From positions 1-42,003 of the IMG/VR virus record IMGVR_UViG_3300042465_002800: a stretch of 42,003 nt of DNA; one strand, 5' to 3'. This DNA comes from a virus (lineage: Duplodnaviria > Caudoviricetes). Shown here in pieces: positions 24,275 to 34,397 of this stretch. Below the pieces are notes generated by a model. It was not told where the DNA came from. It saw only the letters and a list, made by a program, of their open reading frames with translations, and did not search any database. Position 1 is the first letter of the stretch. Each line of letters opens with the position of its first letter. The translations under genes were made by a program, and so were the position numbers.

Positions 24275-25611
24275 GACCGTATCAAGATGAGGCTGCGGAC
24301 TTTCTGTATAGCCGTGATCGAGCGATGATTCTTGCGCCAGTTGGTGCTGGCAAGACGGCCATCACTTTAACCGCTATGCAGGCGATGATTCAGGACGGGC
24401 ATGTTAAACGATTCTTAGTGCTTGCGCCTAAACGTGTGTGTACAGATGTTTGGAGGCAGGAAGGGCTTAAATGGTCGCCTAATCTATACATTGAAGTAGC
24501 TGTTGGTACAGCTAAGAACAGATTGGACGCTTTTAAGTGCAAAGCTAATGTCATCGTAACGAATTACGACAATCTGTTATGGCTTTGCCGTGAACATCCA
24601 GAGTTACTGAAATTTGACGGTATCGTTTTCGATGAATTGACACGTTTAAAGAACCCGTCAGGCTCACGCTTTAAAGCTTTGTTTAAAGTAATTGATCTGT
24701 TCAAGATACGTTGGGGTTTGACCGGATCGTTTACTAGCAATGGTTTAGAAGATGTGTTTGGGCAATGTAAAGTAGTAGACCAAACATTGCTAGGCAGAAG
24801 CAAAGGTGCTTTCTTAGAAAAGTATTTCGTACTGATGAATCGTGATTATGGAGAATGGGCGGCACGTTCTGATTCCTTACCTAAAATTATGAAAGCGATA
24901 CGTCCAGCGACATATCTATTAGACGCAGGGGATTATACTGACTTAATGCCACCATTGCACATTGTTGAAGTGAAGTGCCAGATGGACTTGGAACTCTACA
25001 ATACCATGAAGAAAGATTTTGTAGTGGAATTTCCTAGCGTGACAGCCGTTGCGGTTAATTCGGCAGTCGTAACAACCAAACTGCAACAAATGAGTTCAGG
25101 CTTTGTGTACCATACGACTACTACGCCTGCTAAGACTCCTGGGAAGTATGATTCATCTACTGAATCGATTTGGTTTTCCAGTCATAAATTCGATAGGCTA
25201 GAAGAATTACTTGCAGAAAATCAGCGAGACTGTACAATGATTTTTTACACCTACAAGGAGGAGTTAGCAGAACTGAAGCGCAGATACCCCCACGCGCAGA
25301 CATTAGATGACCATAACGCTGTTGAGCGTTGGAATACGGGGCAGATTGAGTTGTTGTTGGCGCACCCTAAGAGCGCAGGGCATGGCCTGAATCTTCAGCA
25401 TCATGGCAATAAGATAGTGTTCTTATCGCTGCCGTGGTCACGGGAGCTGTACGAACAGGCAATAGGGCGTATTCATAGGAGTGGTCAAAAGCGGGAAGTG
25501 TGGTGCTACGTCATGCTGACCGATAAAACGATAGACGAACGCATCTACTCTGTTTTGCAGGAGAAATGCACCTTATCAGAAATTGCAATCTTGGAGCTTT
25601 CAAAATGTTAA
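24265..25611 (+). CDS. SNF2-family / DEAD-like helicase
   Basis: LRPYQ, VGAGKT, FDE, LTGS, SAGHGLNLQ, QAIGRIHRSGQ. Confidence 0.93.
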   Translation: MVLRPYQDEAADFLYSRDRAMILAPVGAGKTAITLTAMQAMIQDGHVKRFLVLAPKRVCTDVWRQEGLKWSPNLYIEVAVGTAKNRLDAFKCKANVIVTNYDNLLWLCREHPELLKFDGIVFDELTRLKNPSGSRFKALFKVIDLFKIRWGLTGSFTSNGLEDVFGQCKVVDQTLLGRSKGAFLEKYFVLMNRDYGEWAARSDSLPKIMKAIRPATYLLDAGDYTDLMPPLHIVEVKCQMDLELYNTMKKDFVVEFPSVTAVAVNSAVVTTKLQQMSSGFVYHTTTTPAKTPGKYDSSTESIWFSSHKFDRLEELLAENQRDCTMIFYTYKEELAELKRRYPHAQTLDDHNAVERWNTGQIELLLAHPKSAGHGLNLQHHGNKIVFLSLPWSRELYEQAIGRIHRSGQKREVWCYVMLTDKTIDERIYSVLQEKCTLSEIAILELSKC

Positions 25612-25787
25612 GTTGGAGAAAACTGAATGAAGTGTTATCAGATTTAGATGAAGAAGAAGTCGTAAAACTGTTGGAGAATGAAAAAATAGGTGCTAGGCGG
25701 GCGATGGTCATGATACGTCTACATCAACGCTTTTGCACCCTGAGAATGGCTAGGGAGCGCAATCAACTTTTTGGAGAAGGTCAATGA
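25605..25787 (+). CDS. Hypothetical protein
   Basis: ORF track 25566..25787; start moved to ATG 25605 after GGAG. Confidence 0.65.
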   Translation: MLSWRKLNEVLSDLDEEEVVKLLENEKIGARRAMVMIRLHQRFCTLRMARERNQLFGEGQ

Positions 25788-26128
25788 TATTCTATAACTG
25801 TGTGGAAATCGAACAAAAACTGTATAACTCAAGAATACTGAATCTTGTACTAATGATTCTGCTGATTGTGTCGCTAATGTTTAATTTTAAAGACGCATTT
25901 TCTGCATCATTATATGCGCCAGATGGAACGTATCTAGGTGAAATGACAGCTAATCCGATGGCTTACAATTCGATTAGCAACCCCTTATCACAGTACGGAT
26001 CGGAGTTTTCTAACACCAGTATCAATAATCCCTATTCACAGTATGGATCAGAACTGAGTAATCAAAGCCCGAATAACCCGTATGCGTCTACTCCAGAAGT
26101 AGATGCGCTTCCTTCGCTCTCCGAATAG
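25784..26128 (+). CDS. Membrane-anchored/exported protein with (S/N)I.NP.SQYGS repeats
   Basis: Hydrophobic segment, GTYLG, three NP-containing repeats. Confidence 0.65.
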   Translation: MIFYNCVEIEQKLYNSRILNLVLMILLIVSLMFNFKDAFSASLYAPDGTYLGEMTANPMAYNSISNPLSQYGSEFSNTSINNPYSQYGSELSNQSPNNPYASTPEVDALPSLSE

Positions 26129-26522
26129 TAAGTCCTTTCAATTCTTTACCTGCGGCTTTGTTCCATTTCTTAATTTCGGATGAAGCCGCCATCCAGTTAC
26201 CCACATCAACTTGTTTCTTTAGTGTTGATTTAGAATAATTGCCAATGCCTAAGTTGTAGATAAAGTCAGCGATAGCCGCTAGTTTCTCAATGTTAGCCGT
26301 TGCCAGTATAGGGGAATACTTTACCGCTCGGTCAAGAACACTCATGGCGGTGACTAGCAGACATTCATCGGCTTTCTCTTGCGTCCAGCATACGCCTTGT
26401 TTTACTTCTGCCCCGGTGAAACCCCACCCCACTGTCCACACACCTGCCGGACACTTATAACTGGTAAGCTGACAGCCTTCTGACTCTTTAATTAGCTTGA
26501 TTAATATCTCTAATGCAGACAT
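26088..26522 (-). CDS. Endolysin, GH24 (T4/P21-type) lysozyme
   Basis: SEG....YKCPAGVWTVGWG, FIYNLG, WNKAAGKELKGLTIRRAKE. Confidence 0.93.
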   Translation of the reverse strand: MSALEILIKLIKESEGCQLTSYKCPAGVWTVGWGFTGAEVKQGVCWTQEKADECLLVTAMSVLDRAVKYSPILATANIEKLAAIADFIYNLGIGNYSKSTLKKQVDVGNWMAASSEIKKWNKAAGKELKGLTIRRAKEAHLLLE

Positions 26523-26752
26523 TATTGCCCTCTTGAAGTTACATAAACGATAAAAGCAAATATAGCTGACACGCTAAAGACCACACCACCAAAGAAGCCC
26601 TTATTCGAGTTATTAGTTTTCTGTAACGCATCTAAAGCATCAAATATCTTATCTGAACGTCTTCGTGATTCTTCACGATCATCATTTAACTCTCTGCACA
26701 ACCCATCTAATCTTTGTTCCACTTTAGCTACTCGGCAATTTAAGTCTGTCAC
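26522..26752 (-). CDS. Lysis-associated coiled-coil protein with C-terminal TM (holin/antiholin-like)
   Basis: Coiled N-terminus, single C-terminal TM, lysis cassette position. Confidence 0.55.
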   Translation of the reverse strand: MTDLNCRVAKVEQRLDGLCRELNDDREESRRRSDKIFDALDALQKTNNSNKGFFGGVVFSVSAIFAFIVYVTSRGQ

Positions 26753-27216
26753 GATTTAATCCTTTCAATAAACTTTTGGCACATTATAGCATATTGGGCT
26801 ATTTGGTCTGCTCGGTAGGCTTCAGACTTGAGAAAGCTTGTAAGTTCGTCTGAAAGTTCGGTTCTATCTTCATCGGCTCTAGCAACTTCTGTGGTATCAC
26901 TATCTTTTGCTTTGGGGCAACTACTACTTTTCCTGCTGTTGTCGTACATGCGCACAGACTTAAAACTATCGTGCTGGCTATTAATTGCCTTGATTGCTGA
27001 GACATTAGCGTCCTCCAATTCTTTATTAAGCTTTAAGGCTTCTTCGTGTGCCGTATCTGCTTCTTTAGTAAGAGTCGCTAGTTGTATGTCAGCTTCTCGG
27101 TTCATAGTAGAGATGCTTTCTGACAGCTCTCTAATTTCTGCTTGTGATACTTTATAGGCAAAGCCATACCCAGAAGCAAAACTTGCGATAATAATACCAA
27201 CAAATAAGTATGGCAT
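26749..27216 (-). CDS. i-spanin (Rz-like)
   Basis: N-terminal TM, coiled coil, EA.RAD....L/CQ motif. Confidence 0.75.
   Translation of the reverse strand: MPYLFVGIIIASFASGYGFAYKVSQAEIRELSESISTMNREADIQLATLTKEADTAHEEALKLNKELEDANVSAIKAINSQHDSFKSVRMYDNSRKSSSCPKAKDSDTTEVARADEDRTELSDELTSFLKSEAYRADQIAQYAIMCQKFIERIKS
26799..27005 (-). CDS. o-spanin (Rz1-like) lipoprotein embedded in i-spanin
   Basis: Alternate frame, signal peptide with lipobox LCAC, Pro-containing mature part. Confidence 0.7.
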   Translation of the reverse strand: MSQQSRQLIASTIVLSLCACTTTAGKVVVAPKQKIVIPQKLLEPMKIEPNFQTNLQAFSSLKPTEQTK

Positions 27217-27377
27217 CAGTCTTTCAGTATCACGCCTAAGCCTCCAGCAACGCCACCAGCTAAAAGGAGTAATTGATCTACAGGCTTACCTAAGAAGATA
27301 AATATTGCCCCTACAAGCGCTGTAGCGGCCCAGATTAAACCTCGTTTGGTAGAGGCTTCAGACCATTCTATTTTCAT
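27216..27377 (-). CDS. Holin (53 aa, two TM helices)
   Basis: Manual translation MKIEWSEASTKRGLIWAATALVGAIFIFLG...LLLLAGGVAGGLGVILKD; overlaps both neighbours. Confidence 0.7.
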   Translation of the reverse strand: MKIEWSEASTKRGLIWAATALVGAIFIFLGKPVDQLLLLAGGVAGGLGVILKD

Positions 27378-27655
27378 AATATCAACCTTTGATTTTGTGC
27401 AATCCGTTGACTAGCTTGCACTGTTTCATTTCTAAAAGATTCAACCGCTGCCGATGTACTGCGTTGTTGCATAGAGTTCTCAATTGTCAGCATCGGTAGC
27501 CATGCAATTGCGCAACCTTTTTCATCAACCTTATCACCTGTATTTGGATTAGTACCAGCAAGTGTTGTGTACCATGCGCAACGGTGTATAGCACCATCTT
27601 TGACTTCTTCGCATTTGCTATTTAGCGGACATGTTAATACTGTTTTAATTTCCAT
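27374..27655 (-). CDS. Conserved Cys-rich phage protein following tail fibre
   Basis: CPL..C..CAW..CAIAWLP..IENS.QQR..AAVESFRNE. Confidence 0.7.
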   Translation of the reverse strand: MEIKTVLTCPLNSKCEEVKDGAIHRCAWYTTLAGTNPNTGDKVDEKGCAIAWLPMLTIENSMQQRSTSAAVESFRNETVQASQRIAQNQRLIL

Positions 27656-28362
27656 TAGGTTTTACTGCATATAATCATATCAATATATCTTGGAGCCCAA
27701 TTAGCAGCTCCAGCGTTTGCGGCGTTTGTACCTGCTGGTGTTCCCGCAGAGTTGGATGATATTGCGGCAGAGGCGACATCTGTACTACCCGGAGTGCTAT
27801 AGTAAGTACCGCTAACCACATAGCCTGCCCCTGTGTAGCCCACATTGCGCATAACACCCCCATGCGCGTGACCTGAGTCTGTATGGGTATGGTTTCCCAT
27901 AGCTGTACCTGTAAAAACGTGCGTATGCGAGGGGACTGTGTTATTTAAGATAGGTGAATCTGTACCTGCAACACCACCGCCAACAGTATTAACAACCCTG
28001 AGCATGCGGTTAGTGGCGTTATCAGTAATATCTTGTGTCCAGCCTGTTGGAGCCGCTGCTTGTGCAAAAGGCATCCTCGTGCCAGATGGAATTAAGGCTG
28101 CTAGTGCGGTTTGTACAATTAGAAATTCATCATACCTAACTGAATCGCCCGATGTAGTTCCAGCCGTAAGCCCGGTCAACTTAAAGTTACCCATAGGTAA
28201 GTTGGTTGTTGGAGGCGACTGGCCGTTACGCGTAACCGCATTGGATAAGCCATTAGCTAAATCGTTATTGGTGTTGTTATTAATAGTTGATGATATAGTT
28301 GTTCCGGTAACAACAGGATTGCCAGCCGGAAGGGTAAAAGTGCCAAAGCCATTGTACGGCAT
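27655..28362 (-). CDS. Short tail fibre with collar-like domain
   Basis: MPYNGFGTF..NPVVTGTTISS anchor; IPSGTRMPF...APTGW collar; HTH/HAH metal-binding needle; PRYIDMIICSK. Confidence 0.8.
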   Translation of the reverse strand: MPYNGFGTFTLPAGNPVVTGTTISSTINNNTNNDLANGLSNAVTRNGQSPPTTNLPMGNFKLTGLTAGTTSGDSVRYDEFLIVQTALAALIPSGTRMPFAQAAAPTGWTQDITDNATNRMLRVVNTVGGGVAGTDSPILNNTVPSHTHVFTGTAMGNHTHTDSGHAHGGVMRNVGYTGAGYVVSGTYYSTPGSTDVASAAISSNSAGTPAGTNAANAGAANWAPRYIDMIICSKT

Positions 28363-28364
28363 AG

Positions 28365-30902
28365 TTAATCCTTATTTTGAGTCAATGATAAAACAGCCGC
28401 CCTAGAAATAGTAGGCCCTGATTGTCTTAATGCGCGTATTATAGTATCTCTTTGGTCAGCAGGCATCATATCTAGCATCTTAATTGCATCTTCTGGTGAT
28501 TCCATCCCTTTAGAAAGCTTAAGTTCTATAGCGCTTGCTAATTTCTTTTCTGCAATCCCTAACGCTTTATTTGTCGTTGATGTTGCCGCGTTAAGATAAG
28601 ACGGTAGCTTCTGCATGAAAGTATTTTCATCCCACGCTTTCTTTAACGTACCTCTACCAGCTTCAGCTTGCTTTGTTAAGTCCATATCTCTTAATAACTT
28701 AGCGCGTGTAGCGTTAAGCTCTGCTAACCGAAAATCAGATAAAGGACTTAAATCAGTTTTTTCAAGTTCTGCTAAAAATGCAGCAGGGTTTTCTTTACCT
28801 GCATAAGGGTTAAGCTTATTCATAAGCTTTTCCATTATCTTCCCTTGATTAGCCGTGCTAGAAGCGTTAGCTACTTCTTCAGCTACTTTTTCAGGTATCA
28901 GTTTGCGCTCTGCGGTGCTTAAATCTTCAACGCCTTTAAAAACGCGTAACTGTTCAGCAAGCTTATCTAATCGAGGTTGAAGATCAGGGTTGGTTTTACC
29001 CAGCTCATCAAGCTTTAGCTTATTATCAGTTAAAAATGTTTCAGGATTTTTAGCCTTTAGCATCAAATGTTCTATACCTGAATTTAACGCTTCTTTAGCA
29101 TCTGGATCGTTACCAAACGCTCTGTTAAAATCTGCTGCACCTGATTCAGAACTAAGGAACTGTTTAGCCGCATTTTCAGGTAAAGTCATAGGTCTACCTG
29201 AAACATTTTCTTTTGTTAATTTTCTAACTTCACCTTCTCTAAAAGGCTCATGCACTGTCTTTAGCCAGACTTTTTTAGCGTTGTCATAAGCGGCTAAAGC
29301 TTCATCTGAAACATTTGCTGAAATTGCTTTATTAACTTCAGTTTTTAAATTGTTAAGATTTGATATTAATGTATTGTCTGGCGATGCAGCCATCCGAGCA
29401 TCACTAAGCGCAGCAGTAATACCCTTACTAACTTCATCTAAATCCTGCAATGAAGCTTGAGGAGGAATGGCTGGAGTAGCGCCAGTCATATACTTATTAC
29501 CTGTTGCTAAATTAGTTACTTCACGCCCTTTAGTTGCAGGCGTTGATTGGAATACTTTAGTAATAGCATCTGCTATTTCAGGCTTAGTATCAGGATTAAT
29601 AATGGATGCTAAATGGCCTTTAATATTTTCAGCCGCAGTTGCAACATTAGCAACATCAAATTTTTGAGGCGCTAAATCAAAAGCTTGAGCATATAAAGGT
29701 TTAACTGCATTTGAAGCGCCTTGTTCTAACGCATTTTTCTGTCCAGCTATTATTTCGCCATGAGGTACTTGAGATACGCCTTTAGTTGTTTTAGCTTCAA
29801 ATCCACGCACTTGATTAGCTAACGACCTATCTATAACATCTTGACCTTGAGTTAATTGACCCGTTCTGTTAGCGATAACTCGGTTTTCATTAGCAAGCGC
29901 CTGTTGCATATCTGGAATGATAGCGTTGCCTGACTGCGCTCTTTCGATTTCTTGACGCGCTTGTTTGGCTAAATAAGGCTCACCGCGAGTGCTACTTGCT
30001 AATCCTTCAAGTGAAGCAAAAGCAGGTGTAGCTTTACCGTATGCTGCTTGAGCAGCAGTTAAATCTTGAGGTGCGTTAAGCAACGCTTCTCTAGTTGCAG
30101 GTAGGTTTTCCCCTAGCACTTGACGGGCTATTTTACCTGCGTTTACTTCAGCTAGTTTACCTTTTAATAGATCGTAAGCTTTAGTAGCGCCTGTACCTAC
30201 TATAGCAGCACCATGAGGCATAATAGCACCTACAGCACCGCCTAAACCTATATCTTCAAGATTAGGATTAGTGAGCGCAGTAGAAACACCACCAGTAAGT
30301 CCTCCCCCCACTACCCCTCGTAAGATACTGGCAAGCTTTTCATTCTTACCAAAACCCCCCATTTCAGTTCCGTAGGTTTCTATAGACCTAGCTAACGCTT
30401 CAGGAGCTTTAAGCGTTCTTGCGCCTGTAGCTAATACCCCCCCAACAGGCGCTGTAATGGCGGTTTCGCCTGCAAGTTTTCCAACGCCATAAGAAGTTGC
30501 GTTAGGATTTTCTAAAGGTATTCCGGGCAAAGCAAACCGTTGTTCTTTATCAGTAATTAAGTCAGATAATTTTGTAGGCGGTAATGCGTCCGATACTGCA
30601 TTACCTACATTTACAAATGGTGCAGCTAAACCCTGTCTAACGCCTGCAAGAGTATTATACCCACTATATAAATTTTCAAGATACTGCTTACCAACCTCAC
30701 TTACATTTTTACGCAAATCTTCCACCATAGAAGGCTTCATCCCTTCAACTGGGGGGTTATCTTCCCATTCAGAAACAGGTGCATTTTCAGATTTAGAAGC
30801 TAAAGAATCTATTTTTCTATAGATATTTAATGATAGACTTTTATCCCCTAACTCAAACGCCCTTTCAGCATCTTTTTTCAACTCAATAATATCATCCACC
30901 AT
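28365..30902 (-). CDS. Large internal virion / DNA ejection protein
   Basis: 845 aa, helical, G/A-rich membrane-like segments, last of ejection gene series. Confidence 0.65.
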   Translation of the reverse strand: MVDDIIELKKDAERAFELGDKSLSLNIYRKIDSLASKSENAPVSEWEDNPPVEGMKPSMVEDLRKNVSEVGKQYLENLYSGYNTLAGVRQGLAAPFVNVGNAVSDALPPTKLSDLITDKEQRFALPGIPLENPNATSYGVGKLAGETAITAPVGGVLATGARTLKAPEALARSIETYGTEMGGFGKNEKLASILRGVVGGGLTGGVSTALTNPNLEDIGLGGAVGAIMPHGAAIVGTGATKAYDLLKGKLAEVNAGKIARQVLGENLPATREALLNAPQDLTAAQAAYGKATPAFASLEGLASSTRGEPYLAKQARQEIERAQSGNAIIPDMQQALANENRVIANRTGQLTQGQDVIDRSLANQVRGFEAKTTKGVSQVPHGEIIAGQKNALEQGASNAVKPLYAQAFDLAPQKFDVANVATAAENIKGHLASIINPDTKPEIADAITKVFQSTPATKGREVTNLATGNKYMTGATPAIPPQASLQDLDEVSKGITAALSDARMAASPDNTLISNLNNLKTEVNKAISANVSDEALAAYDNAKKVWLKTVHEPFREGEVRKLTKENVSGRPMTLPENAAKQFLSSESGAADFNRAFGNDPDAKEALNSGIEHLMLKAKNPETFLTDNKLKLDELGKTNPDLQPRLDKLAEQLRVFKGVEDLSTAERKLIPEKVAEEVANASSTANQGKIMEKLMNKLNPYAGKENPAAFLAELEKTDLSPLSDFRLAELNATRAKLLRDMDLTKQAEAGRGTLKKAWDENTFMQKLPSYLNAATSTTNKALGIAEKKLASAIELKLSKGMESPEDAIKMLDMMPADQRDTIIRALRQSGPTISRAAVLSLTQNKD

Positions 30903-32235
30903 GTTTGGCCCTCAACTGTGCTAATTCGTCATCAGGGTTTACAGGTGCTACTGGAATTTCAGTTTTAGCTTTAGGTGCTACAGAGGGTAGCCTTTGAATC
31001 ATATTAGCTTGTTGTTTAAATTTTAGTCTTTCAGGAAATATAGCTTCCCCTGTTCCAAATTTCTTACTCATCGTATTAAGTTGATCTTGTACTGCTTCAT
31101 AAGATGAATCAGGGTTAGTTACCGTATCAAGCATATTTTGAAGTTCAAAATTACTATTTAATTGCCCTGCTGACATTCCAGTAGCAGTTTTAATATCTTG
31201 AATTATAGACTTACGGGCTTGTTCAATATTACTTATAGCAGTACCTGTTTCTGTACCAAGAAGCTGCCCTGTTGAAGTTTTAAGTTTAACTCCTAAAGCG
31301 TTGGCTATAGAACTTTCCTGATCTGATTTCATGCTTCCTAATGATTTTAGCTTATCATACTCACCTTTTAGATCGTACAAAGTAGACTGAAAGCTTTCTT
31401 GACCTTTGGCTTGTTCATCAATCTTAGCTTGCTCTTTTACAGCCCTTGCTTCAGCTTTAGGCTCCGCCCCGCTTGTACCGTAAACTTCTCGTGTAAGCGT
31501 ATTCATTTTAATCATCTTAGTAGGATCATTAGGGTCAATTATTTCAACTATAGAACCTTGAGGCGCTTGCCGCTCCGGTCTATTAGCTTGAATCATTGCT
31601 TGAATACTGCGTTGAGTTTCTAATCTATCGGCTGCCATTTGTTCGTTAGACAATATCCTTTCAGTTTGTAAATCTATACGGGCTGCAATATCGTCAAGTT
31701 GTTTTTGCTTTGCAGCTTCTCTAGTCGCTTGATGCTCCTTAATCGTCATGTATGCGCCAGCTTCAGTAGGTATGATACCTGCTGCATTAGACATAGCCGT
31801 AGCTTGCTGCGCTTGAGGCAAAGTTTCAAAATTAGCTAATGGTGGTTGTTGCATTGGTACAGCAGGGGTGCCTTGAGGTTTATCTATAATCCCTAAAGCG
31901 CCGCCTATTCTACTAAATACTGAAGGTTTTTGTGCAGGTGTGCCTGCGGCCTCAAGTTCTTGTTGAGTCGCTGGGATACCTAGCCCTTGTTTAGCTGAAA
32001 TAACATCTTTCAGACGTTGAGTTCGTAAACCTTTAAGTTCATCTTCTGCTTGGTTTTCTTTATACGCGCCTATGCCTTGTTTAAGCACAGCAGATAGCTG
32101 TTGCGCTACCGTAGGAGCAACGTACCAATCACCAATCATGTGTCCGGTAGACGGGATTTCAGTTTCTCTTAGTTTACGCGCTAAATCTCTACTTTGTTGC
32201 GCACCTAGAATTTCATCTTCATATATACCAGCCAT
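30892..32235 (-). CDS. Internal virion / ejection protein
   Basis: 447 aa, A/Q-rich helical, position in ejection block. Confidence 0.6.
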   Translation of the reverse strand: MAGIYEDEILGAQQSRDLARKLRETEIPSTGHMIGDWYVAPTVAQQLSAVLKQGIGAYKENQAEDELKGLRTQRLKDVISAKQGLGIPATQQELEAAGTPAQKPSVFSRIGGALGIIDKPQGTPAVPMQQPPLANFETLPQAQQATAMSNAAGIIPTEAGAYMTIKEHQATREAAKQKQLDDIAARIDLQTERILSNEQMAADRLETQRSIQAMIQANRPERQAPQGSIVEIIDPNDPTKMIKMNTLTREVYGTSGAEPKAEARAVKEQAKIDEQAKGQESFQSTLYDLKGEYDKLKSLGSMKSDQESSIANALGVKLKTSTGQLLGTETGTAISNIEQARKSIIQDIKTATGMSAGQLNSNFELQNMLDTVTNPDSSYEAVQDQLNTMSKKFGTGEAIFPERLKFKQQANMIQRLPSVAPKAKTEIPVAPVNPDDELAQLRAKHGG

Positions 32236-32708
32236 TAGAATAGCCCCTTTAAGCCTTTAAAAGCTGATCCCGCATAATTACCTATAGCGTTCCCACCTGA
32301 AATTATTTTATCAGTCATAGGCTTTACATTAGCGTACGATTTAGCGCCCATCATTCCACCTAAAGCCTTGTCCATTCCACCGCTTTGGTAATCGTCATAG
32401 ATTTTAGTTGCTTTATCTATCTTATCGAAAATATTATCTTTATGCTCACGATCTTGGCTAAACATTTTACTAACCGTATCACCTATCTGACTACCTGCAC
32501 TATTCGGTACATTAACAGGCATATTTTGGTCATTACCTGAATAATTCTGCAATGCAGCCCCTAGCATTTGGGGAGATAATTGATTAAGGTCTTGCTGCGG
32601 TGCATTCATCTGAGGCATCGGTTGTTGTTCAGCTAATCCAGTAGGGCTAAATATAGGATTTGGCATAGCTACTGGCGCAGGTTGCATGTAAGGGTTAGGT
32701 GAGATCAT
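32235..32708 (-). CDS. Hypothetical, P/Q/M-rich probable internal virion protein
   Basis: 157-aa ORF in operon, low complexity. Confidence 0.55.
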   Translation of the reverse strand: MISPNPYMQPAPVAMPNPIFSPTGLAEQQPMPQMNAPQQDLNQLSPQMLGAALQNYSGNDQNMPVNVPNSAGSQIGDTVSKMFSQDREHKDNIFDKIDKATKIYDDYQSGGMDKALGGMMGAKSYANVKPMTDKIISGGNAIGNYAGSAFKGLKGLF

Positions 32709-32709
32709 G

Positions 32710-33018
32710 TTAAGATACCCTTCTTATAAGAGGTAAAAGTGTGCTATATAAATAGATGTGTCTGACATTGCCAGTATTAATCACATCTTGTTCTCTAGGA
32801 TAAAATTCAACCGCATCAAAGTGTTGATACCCGCAATCGTTCTTTATCTGGCGCATATCATCCCATGATAACCCGTCAGTCTTATCGAGCTTTTCAATAT
32901 CCAAACGGATAGTATTCTGGTCTAAAAAAGCCAAGACTTTATACTGATCTGATTCCCAAGCACCGATGCTTGGTTCAAAAAAGCAAGATAGGAAATGACC
33001 TTCAAGCCGTTGCATCAA
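32710..33018 (-). CDS. Conserved hypothetical phage protein (WDDM.QIK...AVEFYP...N..N.RH)
   Basis: 102-aa globular ORF with recognisable recurring motif. Confidence 0.65.
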   Translation of the reverse strand: MMQRLEGHFLSCFFEPSIGAWESDQYKVLAFLDQNTIRLDIEKLDKTDGLSWDDMRQIKNDCGYQHFDAVEFYPREQDVINTGNVRHIYLYSTLLPLIRRVS

Positions 33019-33908
33019 AAAGCGCCTATTACTGATCCAGCAGCGCCTATAGCCGCCGCATTAGCTTGACCTGCCGCTGCCGATTGAGCGTTGTACATCC
33101 CTTGATTGAATTGGCCTTGTGCAGTTACCGCGCCTAACATATCAGGGCCTTGTGTTGCATGAAGCGCTGCTGGATTAGATACGCCTACTTGGGGCATCTG
33201 AGCTACTTGCATTTGCTGGCCTGAACGAATGGCATTAAGCGTGTTTAAAGGGTCTTGACGTAGCACTTGCTGTTCAGCAATTTGTTGCTGGCGTGTGCCT
33301 AATCCTTGAGCATATTGCTGTTGAGCACCTTGTTGACCTTGTAGATAAGCTTGATTTCTAGCAGATTCATACGCTTGTTGTTGTTGATTTCCAGCGTTCA
33401 ACATAGCGTTATTGTAAGCTTCAGAACCTTGCGTAATACCTTGATTAGCTAATCTATTAGCTAACTGAGCATTAGATTGTTGAAATTGAGGGTCAAGATA
33501 CTGAGCCGCATTTTGATACGCTGCATTGCTGGCTTGTTGTTGAATTTGACCGGGGGATTGAAGGGCTTGATTTTGAGAAAAATCCAAAGGGTTATCCATT
33601 GAATTTTGAACATACCCGACACCCGTCTGAGCAATATTGCCTAATGTTTGGTTGAGTGCTTGATTTTGGTCATAAAGCGCCTGTTGTGCAGGGCTTAACT
33701 TCATGGTTTGCGTCCATTGATTTAATGGATCACCTTGTGGAGTTGTGCCTACTTGTTGCCTAGTATAGTTTACAGTGCCATAAGGCGTGACCTGATTGGT
33801 CATCGATCCATATTGGGCTATTTGTGCTTGCGAAGCGTTGCCTGCGGCAGTAGCGTTAGCTGCACCTGCGTAATCAGGGGCTGCTGGAGGTTTAGGTTGT
33901 TCAGCCAT
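33015..33908 (-). CDS. DNA pilot / ejection protein (P22 gp7-like slot)
   Basis: PPAAPDY start, NQVTPYG, LANQGI..GSEAY, Q/N/A-rich, G/A-rich hydrophobic tail. Confidence 0.7.
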   Translation of the reverse strand: MAEQPKPPAAPDYAGAANATAAGNASQAQIAQYGSMTNQVTPYGTVNYTRQQVGTTPQGDPLNQWTQTMKLSPAQQALYDQNQALNQTLGNIAQTGVGYVQNSMDNPLDFSQNQALQSPGQIQQQASNAAYQNAAQYLDPQFQQSNAQLANRLANQGITQGSEAYNNAMLNAGNQQQQAYESARNQAYLQGQQGAQQQYAQGLGTRQQQIAEQQVLRQDPLNTLNAIRSGQQMQVAQMPQVGVSNPAALHATQGPDMLGAVTAQGQFNQGMYNAQSAAAGQANAAAIGAAGSVIGAF

Positions 33909-33992
33909 GTTTTAATGTCCTGTGAATTTCAACATAAAAACTGGGTCGCCAGAATTTAAGCTAGTATATCAAAAATATCGTGTTTGCAATAC

Positions 33993-34397
33993 TTATTTCA
34001 AATATCGACACTGTTCTTTAGTCATTGTCATTAAACATAAATCGCCATCAGGCGCGCCATCTTTAATAGTTGCTTCGAGAATAAACCCAAAATGTTTAGA
34101 CACTCGCAACGATTTTACATTTGTACTAGGTGTAGGCGCTATCAATTTATGTAGCCCTAACTCCACAAAAGGGTAGTGAAAGGCGTACCACATTGCTTCT
34201 TTAGTAAACCAACCTTTTAAGGCAACGTGCATCTGCATACTCTTGCCGTTATAGCAATTATAACCAGTAGCGCAGGTTATCTCACCATTTGATTCTGTAG
34301 CGATATACACCATATTTGTAAAGCTGTACTCGTTTCCATTAGCTTCACTAAACCATTTTCCTATGCGTTCTTGGTCATCGGTAATGATTCGGATCAT
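33993..34397 (-). CDS. GNAT-fold virion-assembly protein
   Basis: FHYPFVELG, N.KS....HFGF..E; usual position between nozzle and ejection genes. Confidence 0.75.
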   Translation of the reverse strand: MIRIITDDQERIGKWFSEANGNEYSFTNMVYIATESNGEITCATGYNCYNGKSMQMHVALKGWFTKEAMWYAFHYPFVELGLHKLIAPTPSTNVKSLRVSKHFGFILEATIKDGAPDGDLCLMTMTKEQCRYLK

